64,000 nt of DNA from Lingula anatina (GCA_051362555.1 CM120644.1:7820954-7884953), one strand, 5' to 3'. Counted from the stretch's first letter, positions 1 to 14,222 are shown. Translations and numbers: made by a program. Notes: generated from the letters alone by a model not told the origin.

Positions 1-299
1 GCCTGGAGCCCAGCCCCAAGGGGAACGGAGAATAGCAGTTAATTTTACTCCTTCGAGGGGCGGGGCGGAGGGAGGTAACGGGTTAGCACAGCAAAAGCAT
101 GCATTGATAGGTAAGAAAAGATCTGTAGTTGCAGTGTGTAATATTAGGCCATTTAATATTTTTTCTCTTTTTCGGGCCTACTGGACTCTTGATCGGGGGT
201 TGGCCCTTTGCCTGGTCAGAAATATTTGTGTTAAAACATCCCATGAAAAACAGTTGTCTCTCTTCTTAAAATCATAAACGCCGTTTGGATCTTCACTGA

Positions 300-1253
300 T
301 GCTGTCATGTTTTTCTTCTCACCTTTGCTCTTTCTTTATCACAATAAAGGTTATCCTGTCACTACGTAGTGAAACATTTCTTTTGCATTACTCTCATTCA
401 ATTATCTTGCTTGTTTCTTTTAAGTTACTGTTCTTTTCGCGGTCCTCCTTTGACATGTCGTAGGTATAGATCTATTTATACTTTTGTCCTTATAAGATGC
501 GTAAAACTTCTTCATAATTTTTATCTTGTCCTCCATGTTTTCAAAGTGAACAATCAGGGGCCGACATTAGGACATAATGCTCTTCCCACCTGTGGGCTTT
601 GTGCTTTTTCACCTTTCCTTTTCGGTTTTTGTGGGAACTCCTCACTCGCTGTGAGAAGGCATAGCCTCTTGCATATGTATATATCATGTTACAAGTAATC
701 TTCTTTCCGGTAGCTCTCCTTTTCCGGTGTTCTGAATATACATGTTATATGCTGTTATTCGCTCTTGATTCACTGTCCTTTAATTATTACATAACTTTTC
801 CATTAGTTGATTATCGCTACTTTTTACATTATAAATTGACTGAGTTTTCACCTGAAACATTTTGTCTGTTCCCAATAGCAAGTTTATCGATTCCTTCAGT
901 TGACTAATTTCCGTTGTTGTCTATTGTCTAAAGCTAGACAACTTGGCAATACTTGCCTTACTGTGCAGTGCTAATTCTACTTTTGCGGCCTTTCCGCGAT
1001 TCTCATCAAGAAATCGTTGCAGCGTTCCTTATTGTCCTTGTCCGTTTTTTACCGCTTGCAGTGTTTTGTTCTCTTTAAAAGGTATGTATCATTCAGCGCA
1101 GAACCAATGCAATATGGCCTGTCAGTAAAAACTTGGTATGCGTTTTAATTGGTTTTAAGGAAGTTGAGAGAACCGAATATCACACCTGTCGCATTGTAGC
1201 GCCAACTTCACGTCGTTAAAACCTATTTTACATTTTCCACACAATCCTTCCAT
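300..1253 (-). mobile_element. Degenerate non-LTR retrotransposon ORF1 (PHD finger + RNA-binding region; CR1/L2-like)
   Basis: Minus-strand translation from ATG 1253 gives MEGLCGKCK...LQCDRCD, then after frameshifts LHWFCAE, RPLIVHFENMEDKIKIMKK and TYDMSKEDREKN: a PHD followed by the RPLIVxF / DxTxxER-like motifs typical of LINE ORF1. Several stops and frameshifts, no introns. Left boundary approximate. Confidence 0.65.
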
Positions 1254-2572
1254 CTACTTGTCCGTCATCTTCTTCCCGCCCTTTCCACGTAATTTGTTCA
1301 CTTGCTTTCTTGACCTTCGCCTAGCGGGAGTGACGTCATTTCCTGATCCTTTAATTGACTTTCTCAAAATATCGATTGCCTGCTACGGCTTTGTCTCTCC
1401 GATGGTGTAAGTATAATGGCGTTCTAATCCTACTAGATAAACTAACCTTCAACGTACTTTGTGGATATTTGATACACTGTGGTGCAAGCTTGCAATTTAG
1501 CTGGTCAAGATATATGAACTTTTCAATTTGACCGCCTTATCTCACACATTCGCAATATTATACTACATGTTATATAATATACGTTATCTACATATCCTGA
1601 TGTTTGAGTTCAATGTTGACTATCAAATATTGCCTTAACCCAATCTATGGACGAGAGAGGTGGGAATGTTACCTCGAGGTGAAAGGGGGCTTTACCAGTT
1701 GTTGCAAGGCTAACATAGAGCACATGTAGATGCATGTTTAAGGTTATACCACTATTCAGACTGGGGTCACCAAGAGTAAGGAGAGGCTTAATTTGAAGTT
1801 CATCAGGATGACGCCCGTCCCACCTGCCACAGGTGCAAAATGTATAAATTGGAATGCATAGATAACTCGTACTACCCCTGAGTCAGAGCTTCCAGTGAAT
1901 ACGGTGAAATCTCGGGAAAGGTAAGAGATTTACAGGGTCATAACTCTCAGTGAGAACTACATGTAGTCGTTTGGAAAAAGTATTCCGAACACGACAAGGC
2001 TCGACAATAAAGGGTAATTTTTGTCATAAAAATCATTCCCAAAGATCTAAATGTCCTGTCAGTATGTATATACTTGACTATTTTTTACACGCTAAAAACC
2101 TTAACAATGCAATACATACCCAGATATTTATTATTTTTACATTTGTTCAGGACAACAACATCGAATTCAGTTTCGACAAAAGAACATATCGTATAATGAA
2201 ACTCGTTTTATTATAATTATTATCATTTCATTATAAAGAACAAAAGTGCAATATTGACTGCATGCCGATATTCAAACAATATTTCTCTTTTACTTATGGG
2301 GTAACGCAATATGACATAAAGACTGCCTTCATTTGATGAACAGCAGGCTACATAATCTCCCTCTCTATGTTTGTCTTTCAAGTCATAATGTTATCGAATT
2401 GAAGATATATGCGCATTATCTTTGAACTCTTTGACTTCGGTGTTGTAACGGTTTACCGTTACACAAGATAGTGTGTTAGGCCCCATTCCCATAGACACCA
2501 CCGGTCTACGTAGCTCGATCCAACTCTGCTCGGAATCGCGCCGATCTACATAGACCGATCGATCTTAGGAGA

Positions 2573-2777
2573 CATTCCCATAGATTTTAGATCAATCTAT
2601 CCCCGTGGGGAGTCTCACTAGATTATTGTCAGATAATCCGGTTTTAATGTCCGTCCCGCCTACTACAAGCTGTAAGGGGGTAATTAACTTTCGAGCCCGC
2701 TCGGCTGACAGGTATTTAGCGTGAACCCTCAGGGAGATAGGTCGATCTAGTTGGATCGATTTAATCTCTGGGAATGG
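2573..2777 (+). mobile_element. ~205 bp MITE, family A
   Basis: Terminal inverted repeats CATTCCCATAGATTTTAGATC ... GATCGATTTAATCTCTGGGAATG; interior shared with copies at 3277, 4321, 4684, 37081. Confidence 0.8.
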
Positions 2778-3276
2778 GGTCTCAGTCATGCACATAACCT
2801 GTTACAACCCGCTTTATTTTTTGGATCCTATTTAATAGCAACTTGTAGAGGAACTAGATGAACCCGGTTTATTGTTTAATTACAATGATTGCGTGCCTTC
2901 TGTTTGTTTGTTGTACAAACCAAGATGGTCTTGGAGTCAGCGGACTCGTTAAGTGAAAGGCGAAGTCAGTATTTACTCCACGTGCTTGGCTGTTATACAG
3001 ACAAGTTGCATATTAATAAAAAGCTTATTTAAATGGCTTTTCATTTCATATTGTTACTTTCTCATGTACTAATTAAGTAAGGAGATATGATATTTAATAC
3101 GTTTTCTTGATCTGATCTTTATACACTGAAACTAGAAGTCCACTACAAATGCACTTGTGCAGACAGCATGGTCCCTTGAAGCATCAGCAGGAGTTCTTGA
3201 AGTTCTTGATATGCGCCTATTTACGAAAATATCCTAATTTACAAAATTACCACCTCAGCGATACCCCCTACTATCA

Positions 3277-3418
3277 CCCCATTTCCATAGATTTTTAGAT
3301 CGATCTATCCCTGTGGGGAGTCTCACTAGATAACTGTCAGCTTGGCCGGCTTAAGCGTCTGTCCTGCCTACTAAAAGCTCTAAAACTTAATCTTTAGATC
3401 GATCTAAATCTCTGGGAA
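3277..3418 (+). mobile_element. MITE family A, internally deleted copy
   Basis: Same left end (CCATAGATTTTTAGATCGATCTATCCCTGTGGGGAGTCTCACTAGAT) and right end (AGATCGATCTAAATCTCTGGGAA); central part missing. Confidence 0.75.
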
Positions 3419-4320
3419 AGCACCCTATGACTAAGACTCTTGTTTGAAAACGGATCTGGTATTATGAAATCCCATGCAAGCACATTTCTTCAGACAAAGT
3501 ATAGATCTAGGGAATAAATGCAATCTTTAGGGGTTCTAATTAATTTTGAAACGGGTCGAAATCTTTCTCTGAAAAAATCCTAGTACGCATTATATCTCCT
3601 TATATAACTATTATGTAGTAAAATAAATAAGGATATGAAATAAAAAGCTTTTGGAATAAGCTTTTTATTAATATGCATTTCCTAATGTTGGTACATTAGG
3701 TCCGTACAGAATATATCCACGTTTTTGCCGCCACCCTCTGCGCTTGACTATTTTCCTAGGCTGAACCATGTTTGTTTACTAATTCTTAATCCAGACGCCT
3801 TTCAAATTAGCCTTGTATCTGAAGCACAATGACGCCTCTTTTTTAAAATAATAATAACAAATGTGCACCGTTTTTTTCATCCAATTCAATCGCACTTTTT
3901 TGTTTAACGTAGTAAAACAGACAAATCCTAGGCATACACCTGTTTGTTGATCATTACCAGAATAAACAATTTCCTTTTTAATTAAGTAAAATCTACATAA
4001 AATTTAATTGAACCAATGGCTCCTTACAGAAAGATAATATAAATAATATCTCCTCTATGTTTAAAAGAATAGTTACTTGTACTTAAGAAACGGTCTGTTT
4101 CTAGGGCAAAGAGTATATTTTAGCACGTGTTTGCACACTTACACGTGTGAACAGATGACAAGGGCGGTGTGGACTATGTTAGCTATGTATCCAGGCACAC
4201 ACATCTGGCTGCAATTATTGTGGATTGTGACTGGGTTCCCATCCCTAGATCGATCTAACAGGATCGGTCCATCTCCACGAGGCCCCTCGCCAAATTGCTT
4301 TCAGCCCAAGGGACTTAGAC

Positions 4321-4527
4321 CCTATTCCCATAGATTTTAGATCGATCTATCCCTGTGGGGAGTCTCACTTGATTACTTTCAGCTTAGCCGGCTTAAGCGT
4401 CTGTCCCGCCTACTAAAAGCTGAAAGGGGGTAATTAACTACCGTGCGCGCTCGGCTGACATCAATTTAGCGTAAACCCCCAGGGAGTTAGGTCAATCTAG
4501 ATGGATAGATCTAAATCTATGGGAATA
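4321..4527 (+). mobile_element. MITE family A
   Basis: TATTCCCATAGATTTTAGATCGATC ... GATAGATCTAAATCTATGGGAATA inverted ends, full-length interior. Confidence 0.8.
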
Positions 4528-4683
4528 CACTCTTAGACTCTCCATTAAAGCTGCCAAACGAATTAGTTTATTACCTCCTAACAGCTTTAGTCGGCGTGAC
4601 AGACAGTTAACCGGCTTGAGCTGATAGAAATTAAATGAGAACCCCCTCTGAGATAGATCGATCCAAAGTTAGTAGGATAGAGA

Positions 4684-4901
4684 CCATTCCCACAGATATT
4701 TAGATCGATCTTTCCCCCTGAGGAGTCTCACTAGATTGCTGTCAAGTTGACCGGCTTAAATGTCTGTCCCGCTTACTAAAAGCTGTACAGGGGTAATTAA
4801 CTTTTGTGCGCGCTAGGCTCCCGGAAGCTGACAGCAATTTAGCGTGAACCCACAGGTAGTTAGGTCGATCCAGATGGATCGAGCTAAAACTGTGGGAATG
4901 G
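4684..4901 (+). mobile_element. MITE family A
   Basis: CCATTCCCACAG ... CTGTGGGAATGG inverted ends; preceded by a decayed reverse-orientation fragment at ~4545-4680. Confidence 0.8.
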
Positions 4902-5408
4902 TATTTATGCTACTATTTCTATTGAGGTGGCATCAGTGTTCAGTCAACCAGCATTTTGTTGCTGAAAAGCACCAGCGTTGTCTCTTAGGTGTACAGTTGA
5001 ACAGTTTTATCCGCAACACTTGAAGAGCACTATCTTTGTTAGTTCTGTTTCATATCAGTCTTTTCTTTTTTAAGAGCAGGGATTATTTTGCCTACCCTTT
5101 GTTACATGGAGAATCAACATTATTTTTTACCTTAATCTCATAATACCCCATTGTGTTTACTATGCATTATGTTAATATATTTTTGGTTATATTTTATGGA
5201 CAGAAATGTATTGGGGGATGTATGCATGGTAACTTTATTTAACGGTTATTTTGCTTATCCCCCTTTTTTAACTTCGTACAATATTACATTTTCGTCATTT
5301 TGATAAAAGACAATTATCAGTCATATGGATTTAATTTGGCGACAAAAATGAAATCATTTTATTTTATTCTCCAGAATCTTTATTGGGGGAACCACTGACG
5401 GGAACGAT

Positions 5409-8400
5409 ATGCCTGCAGCAAAGAATGATTCATACTCCCTGACGGCACTTGGCGAGCCAACTTCAGAGAAAGAGAAAAACGCCCTGTCAGAAGAGCAACA
5501 TGGTTAGTAATGAGGGCTGGGATGAAAATTGTTTATTTTACTCATGCGTACACGAAAGCTTGAAACGTGTTTCCCTTAGACCGTTTAAGTAGTTGGTCGT
5601 TTTATCTCTACGAATATCAGATACAAATGCTGCGCCTTAAAAACATTTGCATTAAATAAAAAAAAAGTTCTGTGGGGATCATATTTTACCGCGCTGAACG
5701 TGATACTTTAGCAAGATACCCCTTAGCGTCGTATGTTAACGTTAACTCAAGGCGGTATTTGAGGAAAGTTAGGACAGTAACGCCATCTGCCAGGGCAACA
5801 GATTTTTTTCACTAGATATTCACAGATACAATGTATGCCACTGGCTACAGCACTTCACGCGACCAATTACATATTTTGGGATATAATTCTCACATTTACA
5901 CTGGCAGATCTCGGGGAGGCGCTCAGGGGGGTCCTGACCCTCTTCGATTTCTGAAAAAAAAAGACACCAAAGGTTCCCTCTTCAAATAAGAATTTTGACA
6001 AGCTGAATCAAAGTTCTAAACCGTACCAAATGGCACCGTTCACCCTCTAAAAATACCACAAATTTTCGCTCCCCCCCCCCAACAGGCCCCGAACCCACGG
6101 GCTGAGGGTCGGCTTCGCATCCGCGGACCCCTCCTTCAAATAATCCTGAATCCGCCCCTGATTTATGTATGAGGTCTTTTATAAACAGCCCAAGCTATTG
6201 TTATATGCTGGTCATAATATTAAGACAATCCTGATTACTCTAATGCTACTGCACAAACTGGTGCACGTCGTACTCCTGTACCACCACAGTGAGCGACTGC
6301 AATTAAAAGGATTTGAAAATTGTGCCTCCTTATGCTATGATCGATTTTATATGGAATTAATACAGCTGCGTGCATGTCACTATTAGATATGTGCTGCCTT
6401 TTAATCTCCAATTACGTCATCATTAACGATCTTCTCTTCATTTACAGTTCCGTTCTGGACGTCGTGTCGAGTTATACTGTCCTTGATGGGTTTTATTGGC
6501 ATGATAAACGTGTATACCCTGCGTACAAACATAAGTTTCGCCATAGTTTGCATGCTGAGGCAGGATGGTTCAGTCTTCCGTCCAGGCCAAAATGGAACCA
6601 ATACGACGATAGATGGCGCAAGAAATGGAGAAAATGCTTCCATTGGCGGCAGTGATTTTATCCTTAGTGACCCCCGAGGAACATACGTAAGTGGCATCAG
6701 TATAATACAGTGTGTACAATGTATATTCCCGCGTTTTCTCTTAAGAAAAATTGGATTTCTGAGTAGAAGTATCATATCAAAATGACCATAGTCTGTTACA
6801 AATCTTTAGCAAACAAAACTAAGTTTTGGTTTTAAACAAGGATTTATTCAGTTGTCTGACATGAAACAAATTCTGTAGTATCTTGCACCACGGGTAATAC
6901 TTTATATACAACTGGACATATAATAGTTTGTGCCAACCATTTTGCAGGAAGGTGAATTCGACTGGGATAAAAACCTCAGAGGCACAATATTGAGTTCGTT
7001 CTACTATGGGTACATATGCACCCAAATATTTGGTGGCTGGCTGGCGGGAAGATATGGCGGGAAACACGTGTTCGGCGCAGCGATGGCCATTGTGTTAGTG
7101 ATGACGGTTGTGACGCCGATTGCGGCCAGGACAGATCCCGCTCTTTTGATAGCAGCACGTGTTCTGATGGGGCTAGCGTCTGTAAGTTCCACAACCAAAC
7201 ATGATTTAGCGTTAATTAAGATATAAATGTTACTTTCTAGCAATTTAGTGGGGGCAATATTTTGTCATCCTACAAGAAGATGCCTGTCCACATGAAGCAA
7301 CTAGTTGCTGGCGCCCTTTTTTATTGACACATTAATCAAGGAATAGAAATTACATTCAAGTTTAATGATAAGAAAGGAAAGAACAAGAAAATTTTATTTT
7401 TAGTCTGGGTTTTCGTACCCATACTGAAATAAGCAATCCTCACTGTGTTTTCCAGGGATTTGTATTCCCGGCAATGCATGCAATGTGGGGGAAATGGGCG
7501 CCGCCATTAGAGAGGAGTAGGCTGATGACCTTCTGTTATTCAGGTACGTTTTTAAAGAGTTATCTGATTCCATGTTAAAGAGGAAAAATAAAATTAGACT
7601 TTGTGTCGCAGTTACAGTATATATGTGACAAAAGGTGAGATAGCCCCTAATAATGCTAGGACATGATTGAAAAGGTCAATAATATCGAAATTTAATTCTG
7701 CTGTCTATGCCTAACATGTTATGTTGCAGGCCCTTTTGTTGGGATCGTAATCTGTTTATCGATTTCCGGATTACTGTGTGAGATTCAGCTGGATAACGGA
7801 TGGCCATTTATTTTTTACGTTTACGGTAAGTTTTATTTTCTAATAACAAAACATTAGCAGGTAGCGAGAAACAGAATTTTTATCCTTTTTTGATTCCGTT
7901 TACAACAAAGATGCCCATGTAATTTCCTTAGATTATTCCCATTTTTTGTTAAATTTGTTTGTCTCTTTTGCTTTTTTATCTTAAATTCAATGCAAGTTCT
8001 ACGGATCCAAGAACTGTCGTAGAGTTTATCCAACCAACTATTGTGTTCCAAACTCGAGGTTATTTACTAAAAGACTACTCTTTCTTCGCTTGACTTAAAC
8101 TAAGTCTACGATAACGGTAGTTTTAATTCATTTTTTAAAGGAAAAATGTAGTATCTAAGCAGTTAGCTGTATCTTTGTATTGTATTGGATTGTTTTACTC
8201 TCTATTACATTAACCATGGTACAAAGGTACATGGCTGTGTACAGAGAAAATTGGAAATTGCAAAAACAGTTTCTTAATTTTACAAAAATAATAATAAATA
8301 CCAGGTGGCCTCTGTTTCATCTGGTTATGCGGGTGGTACTTGCTCGTGTTTGACTCCCCCGCCAGTCACCCAAGAATAAGCCAAGCGGAGAGAGAGTACA

Positions 8401-10230
8401 TAGAGACAGCCATTGGTCATCAACCAGGAGAAGAGGTCAGACGAATATTAATAAAAGCGGTGTATGACCGCATTTTGCAACTGAACACTTTCTACAACGC
8501 AAGCATTTTGCAACCAAAGGAAACCGCGAGGACGCATTTTGCAACCGGCTGTTTTTTTTTTTGTTGTTGTTTTGTTTTGTTTTTTTTTTCTAAGTCACTC
8601 AAACGGCCATGAGTACTATCGTGATGTTTAGTGAGAAATGAATGGGGTTGCCTTGATCCAGTGCGCCGAATCTGGTGGGATTGAATGAGGAACTTAAACA
8701 CTTGGGTTTTGATAAATATTTATCAGGAATGTGCATAAGCCCTTTTGAAATTTAAAGCGAATAAGGGTGGCTGATTCTAATATTTCACATTGTAATTTCC
8801 TCCCTTTTTTTCTAGACCATCAGTGTGACGAACGTGTCCTAGCACATCCCTGAATAAAGTCTGTTTATCCCAAATTTTTAAACATACTCACTGCAATGAT
8901 TTATGAAGAAGAATGAAGACGTTTAGCAGAAAACCAACGTGCAAATATGGCATCATCTACAGCCAGTGGCGTGAAATTTCCAAAGGACCTTGCACTTCCC
9001 TGATGATAGGTTTATCAATCCCCAAAATTCTAAGTCCCTTTCTCAGCCACACCAGATTTCGGATACGGCATCATTCACATCTCACTTCTATTTATCTTTA
9101 TTACTTATAACCGTTCCAGTGACTAAAAAAAAGGGGGGCTGCAAAATGCGTTTTGGTTGCTAAATGCGTATTCAGGGTTTTCTTTGATTACAAAATATGG
9201 CCCAACAGGGGATTCCATACGTTATATTTAAAGAGTACATTTGAGGAAGAAGCTTTTTGTCAGGTTTTTGTCAGGTTTTAAATATTTATCTGAATATTGT
9301 CGCATTAAAAACACTTTTAGAACAAAAATCATTTAGGTTGTTTTATTCAAAGGATGGCCAAGTGTTTATCGTTAAACCTCACTTCTTTGTAAGTTGGTTT
9401 CCAAATAGAAACCCTCTTTGCAGAAAGTACCAGTCCCGTGGTTGGCAATCGCCAAGTCCCCAGCCGTCTGGGCCATCATAGTGGCGCACACCTGTGACAA
9501 CTGGGGCCTTTACACCCTGTTGACCAGTCAGCCTATCTATATGAAAGAAGTTCTGGAGTTTGATATAAAACAGGTAAGGGAGGTCACTCTGGTCCATTAA
9601 ACTTAGGCAGCACTGATATTGATATTGATATTGATGTAAAAAAAGGAGGCCAATATATTTGTGTTTTGGTGCCGCTGCTTCTCTCATACTTGTAGAACTT
9701 ACACGGGTGCTTGTTACCAGCCTTTTAATCAACATTACAAATGAATTTCATTTTAAAGAGAACGCCATGGACGACGAGAAAATACTGTAGATATAGATAG
9801 ATATAATCTATTCTACATGTATTATGATAAAAGGTATAGGACGTGAAACACGCCCTTCCAACAGTAGGTACTAATCTGCTTGCCTTTTATCAGAAGAGAT
9901 TTATTTTCTATTACATGCACTATACACAAACATGACCACTGTGTAATTTAAATTAAGTGAGAGCAAGTATATTGACATTACTAGCTTGTACCTTATTTCT
10001 ACCGGGCAACCTTCTCTTTGATTCTCCAGAATGGATTGTTCTCCGCTTTACCTTACGTTGTCGTGGTTTTCGGTATCATACTCAGTGGCCAGGTCGCAGA
10101 CCAGCTAATACAGCGTGGCATACTAAGTGTAACGCGGACTAGGAAACTCTTTCAGTCAATTGGTGAGAATCATAGTGAGCAACATGATTGAATGGAATGT
10201 AACGAAATACGATATGCAATTTAATTTTTT

Positions 10231-10267
<37 letters not shown>

Positions 10268-11804
10268 GGGGGGGGGTTATCATTTTTTTAGATGTTTTTC
10301 TGGGGTGATCATTTTTAAGTCGACAGTTTTGCTTTGCCACCCACGAAACAATTACGTGTAACAATACCAGATGATAGTTATTATGTTTATGCCATGTATG
10401 ATTATTTGAGTGTACCCAAGGGTAAATCAGAACGGGGTATAAGGCGGAGGTATTGGTGATGCATGTAGCATTTTTCTTCATTTTTTCACTTTTGTTTTAT
10501 TTTTCTCTGTTTTGATTGTTGTTTAATACATTTGTTATTACAATTTTTCTTTAATTTTATTTTAGGTTAGTTTTTTATATTATTGTTTTTTAGAAATGTA
10601 TATGCTTATTTTACATTGCAAAACATATATAAAGCGAAAAACATTTCATAGACGCGCACATATCATAATTAAATTTTTGGTCTTTGGTCGGAGTCAACGA
10701 ATAAAGGTTACAAGGTCACCATTTACTAGTAGGCTTACCTCTCTCTGTTTTAGGCGGATTTTTCCCTGCGATCTTTATGCTTGCCACAGCTTTTGTAGAC
10801 TATGACACCAGAATGCTGGGCGTGGCCTTTTTAACATTGGGAGTTACCTTCTATGCGGGAACCATGGCAGCAAATCAAATAAACCATGCAGACATTGCTC
10901 CTAGGTGAGATAAATGTACCCAAAATCTTCATTTTAAACTAGACCAAGATGCTCAGTGTGACTTTTCCGTATAAAACTAATGTTAAACTACTTTTCCTTG
11001 GGTACAAAGCATTTTTTCCGCATTCATCTTTTCTGACACTTGCCATTACTCTGTGACCATCTTGGAAAAACGCCTGAGCGTAGTTTTTCAACCTCTGCGT
11101 TCACTTCTAGCACTGACTTCTGAGTTTCACTCGCTTCAAAAGTGTCAAGATTTTTGACAGACGACCAAGTTCATTGCATTTATCTGTGATTACATTGTGC
11201 ATCTGTTTGTGAGCATGTACATTGTAGAAATAAAAAGAAATGCCTTGCAATTGTACGAACTTTTCAATTGTTTATTATACAGGTTTGCTGGTGAAATATA
11301 TGGAATCACCAACATGGCTTCTACACTTCCGGGCATTATATCTCCCAGCATGGTCAGTGCCCTTACGCCTAATGTAAGTGTTATATTACCCTCAGTTTTC
11401 CTATTATTATCTTTTTGCAAAAAAAAAAAATGTTAGAGGTATAACTGAGTTTATCTACATTTAAGAACTAAGGAGGAAATTACTGTTTTTAGTCTTCATT
11501 TTTGTATTTGTTTATATCGATCTTTATGTGTTTATTTTTCAAATCCATGTATTCATTTTTTATTTGTTTTCCTTATGCACATTTATCTTTTGTGTAGGGT
11601 ACAAGGGAAGAGTGGCAGCGTGTTCTGTTTATAAGTTGTGGTGTATACTGTTTTGGCGCGCTATTTTATCTGATATTTGCGAGCGGTGAGGAGCAGCCGT
11701 GGAGCAAACCGGAGAAATTGCGTTATGAAGGCGAACAGGAAGAAAAAGAAAAAATGAATGTTGAAAATGAAGATGATGATGATGATGACCAATCGGCAGT
11801 ATAA
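5409..11804 (+). CDS. SLC17-family (sialin/VGLUT-like) MFS organic anion transporter, 537 aa, 11 coding exons
   Basis: Exons 5409-5502, 6448-6686, 6948-7181, 7456-7543, 7730-7825, 8305-8435, 9424-9573, 10030-10162, 10754-10904, 11283-11373, 11598-11804; all GT-AG, phases compatible, 1614 nt ending in TAA. Motifs YTLRTNISFAIVCM, GEFDWD, SSFYYGYICTQIFGGWLA, FPAMHAMWGKWAPPLERSRL, GWPFIFY, HPRIS..EREYI, VPWLAIAKSPAVWAIIVAH, NHADIAPRFAG, ASGEEQPW are characteristic of SLC17. Orthology to a specific member (e.g. SLC17A5) not established. Confidence 0.93.
5899..6160. mobile_element. GC-rich-ended non-autonomous DNA transposon (MITE) in SLC17 intron 1
   Basis: Imperfect TIRs CACTGGCAGATC / GAATCCGCCCCTG; flanked by 5-bp direct repeat ATTTA (5894-5898 and 6161-6165). 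Confidence 0.65.
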
Positions 11805-14222
11805 CCCTCATGCAATTTTAGGGTTTTTTTTTTTTTTTTGGTCGTGCTTTTTTAAGCCGTCTACATTGTATTTTATCCTTATTATATTTCCTGGTGTTGC
11901 GGTGTGGTGTGGTGTATTGTTTAAGTTATATTGGTATAGCGTGTAGAATTTGGAGAGGCGGTTGGCAACTTAACTCGAAAGCGGGAGCATTCCATGCCAA
12001 AGTATATATATTAATATACATTACTCACGACACCTTCCAGAGTGGATAGCATTATATTACTTAGAACCACATTGTACCGTGTAGTGATGTAAGTTATTGT
12101 GCTGTGTTGTTAAATATTTGTTATATCAAATAAGGACATACTAGTATAAACCACGAATATCGAGCTAAATATCATGTGAATGACAATGCACTTTTGTGTT
12201 GCCTTTTGCTCCGTTAGGTCTTATTATACTTATTTAAGTATATACATGCCGATGTGACTTTGTTATATCCTACTGTTTTGAAGCAATCCCTTATTCAGAT
12301 TGCTGTAATGTCTCTAGTGTGATTTGTTTCGCATTGTTGTTATGTGATCTGTTGTATTGTATCACGATGGAAGACCCGTACCTACATTGTATAGCAGACA
12401 AGCCCACCTACGCCCTATAGCTTCGGAGGTGCGGTACCCCTTTCACCCCCCCCCCCTCCGACCTCCCACTCCAACAAATTCGAATAAGGAACTAAACGCA
12501 ACAAGCCCAAGACATGTTCTCTGTACCTTGTGAATGATGGAAAATTGCAATCGACTTCTGTTATTTTATTAGTCTGGCAAACATTTTATGCTAGTGACCA
12601 TATATATTTTTTGGGACTTGAAGATTTTACAATACGTTATATAAGTCGATGCAATTCTTAGATGCGTTAAGTGAGATCAAATGAAATAATGAAATTGAAT
12701 GACAATTATTTGAATCGTTTAAATGAATTTAAATTATATTTGTCACATTAAGGATTTTTTTTAATTAAATTTTAAAATGCATCAAGTGTAGCATAGTACA
12801 CTATGCTGTGAAAGAACGAACTGAATTGTAAATTTAACATCGTACTACACATTTATCACATGATTTTTATGAACATTATATGAGGCCATGTCATCGTTTT
12901 ATTTAATTTTTTCACAGTTTTACCTATTTTAAAACGCACAATTCTGTGAAAAATAAATTTAGAAATTGAAATATTTAACAGCTTGGAGTTGGTTGAATAC
13001 GGTTCAAATTATGATCTCTGTAAAAATTACACAGTAACAATTGCACTTTTAACTCCTTTTTATTAAAATATAAATTTACTGAAAGTAGAAATAAATCAAG
13101 TATTCACAGTCACAACACTACACAACATAAACATTAACAACAATGTTTACATGTATACAGGTGTTGTCAGAGGAAGATAAAAGGAATAAAAACTATTCGT
13201 ATGAGATCCATATTACAGAATAAATACAATGTAAACAACTCAGAAATATAAAAAAGACTATTTTACCACCAAAACGGCGGTTATCGCAAACATTCTGGAA
13301 TCTGTGCTTGCCATCGGACCACTTGATTCCCATAGATGTTTTCCTTTTGCAACAATCTCTTCAGAGAATAATCTAGTCAGGGATGATTACAAAAACCAAA
13401 CTCTTTATAAATAACCAAGGAGTGTATGGAGTCCGATACCAAAACTTCCATTCTTTGATGTAATTGTTATTCATGAGAAGGGGAAAATTCCACATTGGCA
13501 CTAGTATATTTTACAAAACTACCGACGCAAATACAATTCCTTCCATTCAACTCATGACATCCCAGCCATATTAACAATGTCCCTTATAATTTAGCCCAAC
13601 GGATATGCACAATTGTCTGTAGTGGCGCCAAAAACGTTAGAAAGCCAATATCAAACAAGAGCCAAGTACGCTGATCTTGCACTAATCTATACAGACATAA
13701 AGCAGCAGGATGAGAACGCTAACAAGCCGTGCAGTCTACAATCTCGCCAAAAACGGACACGTGTCCCCTGAGCCACTTTATCATATTGCACGCTGCCACG
13801 CCGAACTGACCAAGTCGACATGTTCTTCTACACTTGCCCCATTGCCCACTTTCTCACTAATCTATAAAACAATGTATAAAACCCCAAATCTGACCATATT
13901 TACATTTAATATAATTGTTAATGTGTTATATGTTTTATGTATACAATATCACAGCACTGGTATAATAAGTCTTCATAAGTCGTAAAAACATTTATAATGT
14001 GTAAACTAGCAGTGGTACTGGCGTATATTGATATTGATTTGTACAGCTTCAACAAGCTTATTGTGATAGTCATACATGAATGTCAATATCATTTCTTTTT
14101 ATCCGTTTTTAAGGCACTAATATAAAACAATGTAGTACCCACGTAACCCCATGTAATGGGCATTTACTGCTACTAGATTACAACGTAGTATTTTACTTCC
14201 TTCCGCTCCAAACGTGACTTTC

